Shown piece by piece: positions 25,801 to 36,700 of a stretch of DNA of 64,000 nucleotides. The stretch comes from Amoebophrya sp. A120 (taxonomy: Eukaryota > Protista > Dinoflagellata): positions 3,441,600-3,505,599 of the forward strand of contig CAJINV010000003.1 in assembly GCA_905178155.1 (NCBI GenBank), given 5' to 3'. A model generated the notes under the pieces. The model was not told the origin of the DNA. It did no database searches and was given only the letters and a program-made list of their open reading frames with translations. How positions within the stretch are numbered: position 1 is the stretch's first letter; every line of letters starts with the position of its first letter. The translations under genes were made by a program, and so were the position numbers.

Positions 25801-26821
25801 CTTCCTGCTCCATGGCCGGACGTTGCGCGAGCTCCTCCTCCCACTGTCTAAGAGGATCGACAACGTGGACCGCTTTTCGTTGTCTGGCATTTGTTGCAGA
25901 TGGAAGATTCTCGATTGCGCTTTTCATCTCTTCCGCCCCCTGTGTCGCGCCACTCGTCCCAGCCGTCGCTCCTGGAGAAGCCGGTGGTCCCTTGACGTTA
26001 GCGTTTGCGTTTGTGTTGTAGTGCAGTAGTGTTTTACGAGACAAAAAGTCCCTTCCGAAGCGCACCGCGGATCCTGAAGGCGTGCTGTCTGCTCCGTCCT
26101 CGCGGAAAGTCGCCTTTTTCCCAACATCGAGAGCATCGACAAAATCCTCGTCCGCATGGCTTGTGCGCGAGACAACAGTCGAACGGCTTTTGCAAATACC
26201 TGCGCCATTATCTCCACCAAGTTGTTCCTGTCGTCGGCCATGAACATTTCGAGACAACGGACCAACATTTGACGAGGACGATGAGGAGCCAAAGCTTGAA
26301 GAGGAGGAGCCTCCACTCTTTTCAGAACCGGATGAAGCATCCGACGAGGAAGACGCCGATAATTCGGATAACTTGAGCTTGCCTTTTTGCTGTTGTTTTT
26401 TCTGCCTCCTGGTTTCCTCGACCTCGCGCCGGGCGTTCTCGACAAGCTCGTCAATGCGGTCCTGCACCTGAGCAGCCGCTTGCTTCCTCCGTTCCTCGAG
26501 GGCCGATTGGACGTCACTCTTCGCAGCACCATCGAGAGATCGGGCGTTTGCTTGGACCCCCAGGACCCCCGTGCTCGATCGCGATGAGATTGGCTTTGCT
26601 GGTCGCGGTAGGTAAGATTTATTCGCGTCTCTGTTCTCGCCTGCGTGTGGTCCGCGGTGTGCAATGAAGGAAGAGCCGAAGCCTAAATAGCTGGCCTTGT
26701 TGGCCGCAGTCTTCTTTGCGGATGAATGACCGCGGCGCAGTGGTACTTCGTCGTAGAGAAGCAGTGGCTGCTCCGAAGCCTTGTTGCCAACTCCAGAGCC
26801 CCACTTTTCTCCGCTGTTCAT
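16899..26821 (-). CDS. Giant hypothetical coiled-coil/low-complexity protein (about 3,250 aa, 2 exons)
   Basis: ORFs 23099-26854 and 16899-22946 join via a phase-0 GT-AG intron 23125-22956 (AAG|GTGCAT...AAAACAG|CTG), giving the continuous coiled coil EHELRK-LNALRDKEEAER. First in-frame ATG at 26821. Confidence 0.75.
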
Positions 26822-27695
26822 GTTCGAGATCCACCGGGAAACAAAACATCCCAACGAAGTACACGAAAAAACGAAGCCACCCTTTTGGAAAGCACCAGAT
26901 GAACGTCGACGATCACTTTCTAGTGCTCAAAAGCAAAAACCTAGATTATGTCTGGTAGGGGGTCGGTTTGGAAAGTGAAAATGCAACTGAAAAATAAGCC
27001 GATGATCGATCTTGGATTTGCAAATCTGTACCTGTTTATCTCCAAAACCGTCAGTAAGACATGGCCACACTTGAGACGGAACAGAAATGCGACCACAAAC
27101 CGATGTGTAGCTGCATTCGCGACTGTTCTGTTAGGGCCATCTCAACCCGCGCTTTGTGCATGATCAAAATTCATATTGATATTCAAATTCATCGCTATCT
27201 AGATAGCAATCACGGAATCACGCTGCTTCAGGTTCAGTCTTTCATCTGGTCAACTCAGCATTTGTCACTTATGACAAGTAGATTATTTTTGAATGGATGA
27301 TGACAATCTTCGGAAACGTATTTCCGAAAGCGAAACCGAAAACGTATTGCCGAATAAGCATACACGCATGGCATGTGTTAGTCTTATTCGCTTTCCTGAG
27401 AAAGCCAAAAAGTGAGAGAATGTAGTTGTTCACACGGAAGAACGGCGAGGCCGTTTTGTTTTTTCGAAGGTCGAAAATGAATGTAAGCAGCTCACAGTAC
27501 TATATATAATGACCCACACGTAGTGGAATCTCGTACGGTGGATATCGTTGTCTTTTGTGGAGACCCCGATCTCCTAAGCACTAACGCGCTCGCGTGAGAG
27601 CTGTGTGAGGCCCCCGACAGCTACGGCGCGCGGCCCGGCATACGTAGTGGAATGAGAATTTTTGAAATGGTATATGAGATTGACCGTGGTCGAAC

Positions 27696-29716
27696 TTAGC
27701 TTTCTCCCTTCCCCTTACCCTTCCCTTTTCCCTTGCGCTTCCCCTTGCCCTTCTTTCCGCGTCCTTTTCGTCCCCTGCGCTTCGTTTCCCCAGCTTCGGT
27801 GGAGCCGCTTGGCAGCGCAGTGGAGCCGCTCGGCAGCTCCATATCCCCCGGTACGATCTTCTGCGTACCAGCGAACAGCGGATCCTTCTTTTGCACGTTC
27901 GGGTCGCCCGAGAGCGGAACTGTGTTTCCATACTCATCCTTGACGGGCGCGTGCTGCACTAGCCATTGTGCGCGTTTGATGCTTTTGATGAAGTCGCGGG
28001 AAATGTCGTCGTCTTCGTGTGCATCGGTCTTGGCTCTGCGTACGAGATTGACAAATCGCACGGGATCCCACATTGCCGCTTTCAAATGTTTTTTCACAGT
28101 TTCGACTCCGCATCTCGGGATATGCGCACCGTTGTAGTCGTTCCCGATCAACAGCAGCCCAAGTGCGATTTCGCGCTGGTACGGAAAAATGTTCTTCACC
28201 CGAATTCGTTCTTCTTGCGCTTCGGATTTCGGAACGTCGCTTCCGCCGATACCCGTCACGCGAACGCCAACGAAGGGATTGTCGCCTGCCTGCAATTGAG
28301 ATGTACAAGCAACACGAATACCGAGCTTGAGGCGAAATAAGCAATGAAGGTATACATCAACTACATGTTGATCAGTTGTCACTGCAGAGACAAAACTCCA
28401 ACTGGTGATTTCTCGCCGTTTCTATTGGGTGCAGTTCAGCATTACTTCACAAAGGAGTACCCGACGGCGCTGTGGCAGCCGGTCATCTGGTGCCAATATG
28501 AATTCGACCGTCGAGCCCACACTGCAATTCTTGAACCCCGCCTGCTTCACATTGGACGCGTGAAAAAACAGTGTCTTTCCGCGGGCGTTCGAAGGAAGCT
28601 TCTTACGCGTTTCAGTGCATTTGATAAACCCGAAACCACCCTGCTTCTTACTGGCAGCAGACGAATACTTCCAAAACGTAATCACACCTGGACAGAATTT
28701 TTCTTTGGCTGTAGAGTCAAGTTCTTGTGCTGGCTCTCGAGGTAATGCTGAGTAAAAAAAAGGCGAAAGCGAGTTTGAGAATGAGGTTCACATCGAGCCA
28801 CCTTCGTAGACGTCAGAGTTTTTTGTCGGCAAGAAACTATCGACCAGGTCCGGACACTTCTCGTAGTCTTTCTTCAAGTCGATGAGCGTCGCGCGAATGT
28901 CGTCTTTGTCGGACCCCAGCCCCTCCGCTTGTCGGAGCAGCGGAATCTGCCACAAAAGAAAGTCGGTGTCCTCAGCGAGAACAGCATCTATCTTCTCGTT
29001 GTTGAACAAGTAAACCAACTGATGGTCTGCTTCGTAGGCCGCAATGATCGACGAATTGGACCGCACCTGAAAGAATAAGAAAGAGAAAATGCATCAGATC
29101 ACCGGAGAAAATGAGAAAATTGCGGGACTGAAGAGCGAATTATATCGAAGTCGAACTTGTTCCATTCGAGGTTCGCAACCACATCATCCATCGCTAGCGA
29201 TATTAAGAAAATCATTTTGCCTGGATCTGGTCGCGGTTGTTAATAACTTGAAAAACCAAATCCAAAACTTAAACTTACTTGATTCAGTGCCTTCCTACAT
29301 TCTTCCACGATGCGTTCGTCACAATCGAACGCTTGAGCAAATTCTTTCTTGTCGAACGCTTTTTGCCGCTGCTCCTTGCGTTTTTCGAGACAGTCGGACT
29401 TTTCCGGTAAGTCCTTCCCGTCGAACACCGTCACAACGGTCTTCTGCGTTTTACGCGCAATGCGTTGGACCACCTGCGAAACGTAACCCGCAATCTCGCT
29501 CCGAACTTGCTGTGCCAGAGCTGCGTCCGGCGATTCTCTTGTTGCCTTCACGTACTTCTCCTTCAACTTCGCCGGAACGGTCTTGTGAATGAGCGCATTC
29601 CCGTCGATTCCCAGACGATGAATGCCGTGAGCACTCAGTTCCTTGCTATTGAGCGTCACCTGCTTCTCGCAAGGCTGGACGACCTTGAGGAAGTCGGATT
29701 TTTTTCCTCCGCCCAT
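27696..29716 (-). CDS. EXO1-like (FEN1/XPG family) 5' nuclease with an inserted cold-shock domain, about 507 aa, 4 exons
   Basis: Exons 29716-29279, 29066-28802, 28687-28461 and 28289-27696; all introns GT-AG; total 1524 nt in frame. Motifs: LGIDG..LIHK, VFDGKDLPEK, AAYEADHQLVYL, AVLAEDTDFL, H3TH LLIGNDY..HIPRCGVETVKKHL. Cold-shock domain YEGVITFW..GGFGFI..TLFFHASNV..VEF..VRVTGIGG. Basic (GK)n tail. An alternative exon-3 donor 15 nt downstream (GAA|GTAATG) is also in frame. Confidence 0.85.
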
Positions 29717-30756
29717 CTTGATTTTTGGTTGCGGAGGGGACTCTGCCCCTCAACTGTCTCTCTGCCTGTAGCTCGCCCTCTAACTTTGAACCAGGTGGTG
29801 ATCGAATTGAGATCGAAGTCTTACGTCCCAAAGGAAACTTGTTTGTGGGCGCCAGTTTTTTTTTTCGGGTGTCGCTTCGCTGCCCGTCGTTTTGTGGTTC
29901 TACTTTTCACGACGAAGGCACACAATCGAACAACCACGGTTGATGGTTCCCATGCCACAGGCAGGCTAAGACCTTGACCCGGAAACGGAAACAGGCCGGA
30001 CCTTGAGACACTTAGTCTGTCATACTCATATGCTAAATTGCGAGCTCGAAGATTAATTTTCAACGCATTATTTGCATAGTTTTGCTGTATTCATTCGTTC
30101 AGATGGTGTACATCGTCAGAAACAGGTACAGTGCGGCAGTTACTCGCACGGAATAGGAATCAAACTGCATTTTTTAGTAATAAAAGCGTTGACAAACTCT
30201 TCCGTAACACAATTTGTCCAAAGAAAGATCTTGATAAGCTAGAATTGTCTATTTTCAGTTCACGTTTGAAGTGAATGACATAACATTTTCACAGAAACGG
30301 TTTTTGCAGGCTCTCGCCTGAGCGACGTGCAGAAACGCGATGTCCAACGTCCGCGGGTAATCTTCCAGGATCCGCCGACGTCACCATCGCCTACTGCAAC
30401 GCCACTCTGCAGCTCTGCACGTTCTCGGTTTTTCTAATGCAAACAGATACTAACAAACTAGGATTTTTTTGGTCTGAAATTTCACGATTCACGTTTTTCT
30501 CGATAGCTAATTACATACTAGTTTCTTTTTCGGATTCGGCGAATCACGTCTAGCGCTATGCTAGCAAGCATATAGATACCATAGCAATTTCGAAGATTCA
30601 TGATTTTTTCCTGTTCAAGATTGTAAATGAGAAGATTGATCTGAAGTATTTCAAGAAACCTATTTGCGTAAACTCTACTGTTTGAAGATTTTTCTCTGTT
30701 TTCGTCTTGTTTGAAGATTTTCTGAAGCCTGGAGCACTTTAGTAGAAGCAGCACTC

Positions 30757-33700
30757 TTATTCTCCCTTCAGGAAGAAGATCCACGGCGTCTGGATCTTCG
30801 CCGACGTGACCACGAGCCTGCTGCCGACGGGACTGGACCCAGTGAAGTCAACACCAACGGACACGGACTTCCCTCCTTCGATCTTCTGCTTGTTGGGTAC
30901 CTTGAGCGCGAAGTCGTTGGGGTTGTCGATTTGAAACGTGAAGTCCTCTGCCTCTTTGAACGGGTTTCGGAAGTCTATTGAAGCGGACTTGGAAACCACC
31001 ACCGGGCCCTTGGCCTGCGGTGGCTGCGAGTAGCCCGCCAGCATGGTGCGGTATTCGGTGCCGGTCTCTGGGCTGGTGACCACGAGAACCGCCCGCATCT
31101 CGGCCAGCTCACTGGGTTCGTACTTCACGTCAATGCGCACCTCCGTCGGACCCTCACCCGCCTTGATGTCCTTGGTCTCGATCTGGAAGTCCTCCAGCCT
31201 ACTCGCGGCGCTGCTGGAACTGCTGCCTGCGGTAACAGAGAGTGTCGTGTGGGACTTGTACGTTAAAGGATGTGAGTATTAAACTACAGTACAGAAAAGA
31301 AATGTCGATTGATGCACATGCACGTCTACTTCAACATCGTCGCCGAAAAACAAAAACATCCCTGGTCATACCACCTCCCTGCGGCAGCTCGACTTTTGCG
31401 GTGTAGCCGGTTGGTTTTTTCCCGAGGTGCGTGAACCGGAAGGTTTCCGTCACCGACGACCCCAGTGGTGCCTTGAAGACGAGCGATTTTTCCATGCCGG
31501 CTGGCGTGGCCTTGTATTGCACCTGGTAGGGGTAGCTGCCGAGTTCCGGGCACTGGAGCACCACCTCGCCCTCCCCTTCGCCCTCGCCACCCGAGGGTCG
31601 GAAGCACACGTCCATGTACACTTCTCCGTTCTCGGGCACCTCGAACGAGGGTCCGTGTGGGGCGAAGAAGATGTCGGGTATGGTGGACGTGCACGTGAAG
31701 GTGACGGGTTTGGACAAGGGATTCGCCACCATGATGGGCCACTTCGCGGTTTGCCGGCACGCGGTCTCGAACTTTATCACGGCCAGGGACTTCGGCTCGG
31801 TGAATTTGAACTGCACCTCGACCTTCATGAACTCGCCCGTGGTCGGGTTCTCGAATTCCGCGAGCACCAGCACCGTGGCGACGCGGAACGCGTAGACCTG
31901 GAATTTGTAGTCCCGCTTCAGCTTTGGTGGCAGGTCGAACAGCTCGATGCCCTGAATCTTTACGGCGTCCGCTTCTTCGCTGTTCGGTGCTGGGTCCAGG
32001 AGGGTGAGCTTCACGTTGAACCGTTGTCGTTGGTTCAACCAGTTCTGCAGCGGAATGGCTTGCACGTGCGCCGTCTTGCATGGAACCTGAAAAACGTTGA
32101 GATCAGAATTTTTGTGATCATCAACAGGTAGTGTTTGGATCATCTCAATGATTTGTGTGGTCTGCATCTGCTGGAGAAATGAAGGACCCCCACTGACAGT
32201 TAGAAAGAGAAAAATGAATTTCGATCATCTTTAACTATCTTTCGATGATCTTACCTCGACTTCTATTCTCTGGTCCAGAGTCGGTGGGTCCGCGCGGCCC
32301 TCCAACTGGTAGACGTAGGCCTTGCCGTCCGGCGTGGCGATGAAGAGGCTACCCTTGTGCACGTCCTTGATGACGGTGCCGTCGTCTCGGACGTCGTCTG
32401 GCTTCGTCATGGTCAATGGTTTGTAGGTCACGTCGATCGACGCGGTCTGGTTGGGCTGCAGCACCACCTCGGACGGGCAGAAAAAGAAGCCCGGTGTCTG
32501 GTCTGGTGGGTAAATAGTCATCACCTCGGGTTTCAGACGCCAAGCAGAACTGATGTTCACCGCGTTCGGCGGGAATGTTATGCTCTGCACCTGCTCTTTT
32601 CGCACCTCCGTCTGGAAGTTCAGTGTGTGCACGGCGTCCGATGGCTGGGCGATGCAGCGACCTGACGAGTAGTTTGTTCTCGTTGCGGCGTGCGCGTGGT
32701 GCAAGTACATACCAAAAAACTATGTCATTCAGATGACGATGCTGAGACAAAAAGAAAAACACAATCGCGCCACATTGCCATTCCTGAAACAAAAAGTAGC
32801 AAAATCAATGTTTTTGCTGCGTATCACTTACCCGTGAGACTGAGTCTTATCGGTTCGTGGTTGTCCAACAAGCAGACGATATTTCCACAGGTGATGTCCC
32901 TGTCTACGACCTGCTTCGGGCAGAATGAAATCTCCAGCACTTGATCGTCGTGGGGTGCCACGTACCCGGACAGCGGCTTGATGAAGAAGATGTCCTGAAA
33001 GCGTGCGGGGATTTCGAATTTGTATTTTGACCCCAAGTCCCCGAAGTTGTGCAAATGCACCTTCTCCGACGCGCGGCTCTGCACCACCACGGGCGGGAAC
33101 AGCACGGAATGCTCGGAGAGCTTGATTTCCGTCGCGTGGCATTCGCCGCACACGGTCGCCAAGTGAATGGTCTCGCCCGTCTGGATGCACTGCACCGTCA
33201 GCGGGTACTTGAAAGGCGCTACGCGGAACTGCGGATTGAAAGACAAATCGATCGGGCACTGCTCCTTCGGCCGCAGCGTGATTTTGTTTTCCCGGGCGAG
33301 TTCCTTGGACGTTTTCTGCTTGCCCGCCGTGCTGGCGAATGACGAACTTGACGAGGACCCGCCCATGGGCGTCTGCCAGCTGACCGAGCGGTCCTTGAGC
33401 CTGTCGTCCTGGTCGATGATAAAGAAGTCGCAGGGGCAGGGCGACTTGTTGATCAACTTGATCGCGCGCCGGATCGGTGGCTTGTTGCCGATCGTGACGC
33501 CGAAGTCCACGGTCTGCATGTCCATGGACACCAACTCCAGCTTCAGCGGCGTGCCCTTGCCTCGCACGTTGACGTAAAATTTGGTGAAGTCGTTGATGAT
33601 GAACTCGATGCGTTCCCGGTACTCCACGCTGTCGCGCGGCTGGAAAATCACCGGCACCACCATGCTCTGCCCCGCCTCGATCATGCTCTGGTCCAGCTGC

Positions 33701-36700
33701 ACGTCCAGGTACGGCGTTCGCTGGAAGGTGGTGGACAGCAGGCAATCGGAGACGTCGCGGTTGGTCACCACGAGGTCCACCTTTTTGAAGCACTGGTCCT
33801 TCTTCGAGCCCATGGAGTCGCCCGCCACGGTGGCCCCCGCGCGCTTGTCGATGAAGCAGTAGCCGAAATCGTAGTTGTGGAACGAAAAATCCACCTGCGG
33901 TCGTCGAGCCCTCCCGCTCAGCTCGACAAGGTAGCAGCTCTCGTCCACGCCCCCGCGGTTGGGCCCCTGTCTGGCACTGGGGATCAGCAGCTTCAGGATG
34001 CAACCGTCGAGCGTGTGGCTCTCGAGTGGTGCGTATTCGACCGTAAATTCTACTTCTCCCTCCTGTGGAGCGACGCCCTGCATCTGCGAAATCGTCAAAT
34101 AGGGTGGTAGGGCGGCCGACCGCCTTGCTTGCGTGGAGCCGTTGTCCGTGAGCTGTGTTTTTTTTTCATGAGAGCATTGTCGCAGCTACAGGTTTGTCCT
34201 CCAATAACTTTCCAACTCTGTCGAAGAACTTGCACATCAAGCGAACACAGACATGAAAACCTAAAACCAGAAAAAACCGCAGCAAATAATACCTTTTTGC
34301 CCTGGTAGATGATTTGCCAGACGAAGTCGAAGTTGAAGGAGCCACTGTTTTTCAAAACCAGCTTTGCTTCTCTTCGCTCGTGCACCTGCAGGTTGCTGCC
34401 GAAGTCCACAATTTCCTTGACGCCTGGGTGAAGCAAGCGGTCCATGCTCTCCTTGACCAGGAGCTGCGCGTGGATCTTGTAGCCCTCGCCCTTCACCTTG
34501 AGTGCGAGCGGTTGCTCTTTTCTCTTCACTTTGCAGACCACGTTGTAGGACACGGCCTCCTCGATAGCGGGTCGGAATAGCACATCCACCGGGAAGCTGC
34601 TGTTCGGGCCGACCACCCCCTGTTCGGGCGAGATAAAGATGGTCGGCGCCTTGACCAGCGTGTCCATCGGGTTCGCCTCCACGCCCTTCGGCTGGTGGCC
34701 GTAGCTGGCCTTGTCGAAGTTGAACGAAAACGGGATGTGCTCCTTGTTTACGATGTAGAGCGTCTCGCGGGCCTTGCCGCCCAGAAGTAACCTGCCAAAG
34801 TTCAAGAACGGCTGCTGGAACCCCACCCTTGGTTCCTTCACGTGACCAACGACCAAGAACGTCTGCTCCACCTCCTTGCCCATCACCTGGAAGACCCAGT
34901 TGCTCTCGTGCGAACCCATGGACATGGGAACGTACTCGAAGACCATCTCGAACTTCTTGCCTGACAAAATGTGCCCGTGCTTGGTCAGACACCGGAACGG
35001 GCTGCCCGCGGCCTGCTCCTCCTGTTGGCCCAAGCCCCCGCCCCCGCCCGAGGCGCTGGACGACTCCTGGTTGGACCCACCCTCCTTCTGCTTTTGCGTC
35101 CAGATGAAGTCGTAGGACTCGCCCGTCGGGTTCAGAACGTAAAATCTCCTGGTGTTTCGCACCCTCGTACCCAGTGACGGCGGGAACTCGATGATCATGC
35201 ACTTCGGATCGTCGTTGGTCGCGCTTTGGTAGTTGCTCGGCGGCAGCTCGAAGTGGCACAACGGTCGCACCGCGCTGCCGTTCAGACTGATCGTGTGCAG
35301 CGGCACCTGTGATACATAGAACATCAACAGCGCTAAAAGATGAAAGTTCAAAATTTACTAGCCTTCATACATTCATTGCACTGCTGCACTTCACCAATGT
35401 TCTTTCCGATTCTCGTTCTTCAACTTCAAGGCCAGCAAGACCTCCAGCAACAGCTACAAGCATAGAACAAACAAGAGAGAACAAAACACGGGTAATTTCG
35501 TCTAGGTGTAAGTACCTTGAACGGGACTTCGGCATCTCCGTCCTGGTAATCGATGAGCGGATCGCCGTCGGACGTGATGGCGGACCCGTGTGGCACGTAC
35601 ACGGGCGAGGTTTTGCCGCTCGGGTCCCCGAACACCTGGTGGCGAAAGGTGCACAGCTGCAGGTTGGCTCGGAAGTCTTCCACCTCCGTCGGCTGAAACT
35701 TGATCTGGAACTCCATAGAGCCGTCGGTCGGAATGATCCCGATCTTCGGCGTGATCTCGTAGTTCTTCTTGCTGCTCTGCAGGTTGTGGATCTTCCACTC
35801 GTAGGGGAGCGAAATCATGCTGGAGTTGCGCACGGTGAACGAGAAAACCTTTGCGCCGAACATCATGGTCGGCGCGAAGTGGATCTTCTCGGTTTCGCAC
35901 TCGAACCCGCGATCGTCCGCTGCGGCCGTGATTTTCAGCGGCATCTCGCGATTGCTCGGTTCCTCGGTGTCGTTTCCCTCCGCGTCCTTCTTCGGCAGGA
36001 CCACGTGCGACGGTTCCTCCCACACCTTCTGCACCTTTCTTCGGACCTTCTGCGTCGGGTAGCGCGGCTCCGCGGTGTCCGGGTCCTCACCGTCTTCGAG
36101 CGGTAACGGGTCGGCGCCCTCGATGGGCTCGTCGACCTCCTCGGTCACGTAGTAGGTCATGCTGTCGTCCCAGTCGAGCAACGGCTTTTTCCCGCCGGCT
36201 GTGGACTCGTGCGAGATCGATCGCCCATCCGACGTCTGCCGCAAGAACGGCATGGTGGGCTGGCTCTCGCCTCCGGAGGGAAGCGCAGCTCCTGCTGCGC
36301 CGTCATCGTTCTCGTTGCCGGAGTCCGGCGTGGAAAACTCGATGTCCTGGATCTTGCACGGAATCTCCACCAAGTCCGCGGACACCTTCTCCACCGGCTG
36401 AAAGTGCACCACGATCTTTTTCTTCGATCCCGGGGGCACGTGCCCGCAGGACGGAGAAAACCTCAAATTCGGATTACTGAAGCTTTCGGCCGCCTCGGCG
36501 GACAACGCGAACGGCGCGGGTAGTGTCTCGGGAAACTCGAACCGCACCGTTTTCTTGCTCCCGTTCTTAAGGTAGATAATCTGCTGCTTGCGACTGCCCA
36601 CCGGAAGCTCGCCGATCCCGAGCTCATCCGGGGGCGCGGGTGGCCGCACCTTGGCCTGACGACCGCCGTCTTTCAGCGGATAGGGTGGGTCAAAGGGTGA

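Noticed and set aside
27696-29716. The nuclease as the mobilising enzyme of the nearby TIR elements (some Academ transposons encode an XPG-like domain)
   Set aside because: No DDE transposase domain, no flanking TIR/TSD found, ordinary GT-AG introns and host EXO1-like motif order. Proximity alone is not evidence.
30324-30422. 9-bp inverted repeat ACGTGCAGA/TCTGCACGT around a GC-rich patch
   Set aside because: Short, no TSD and no further pairing; compatible with chance.
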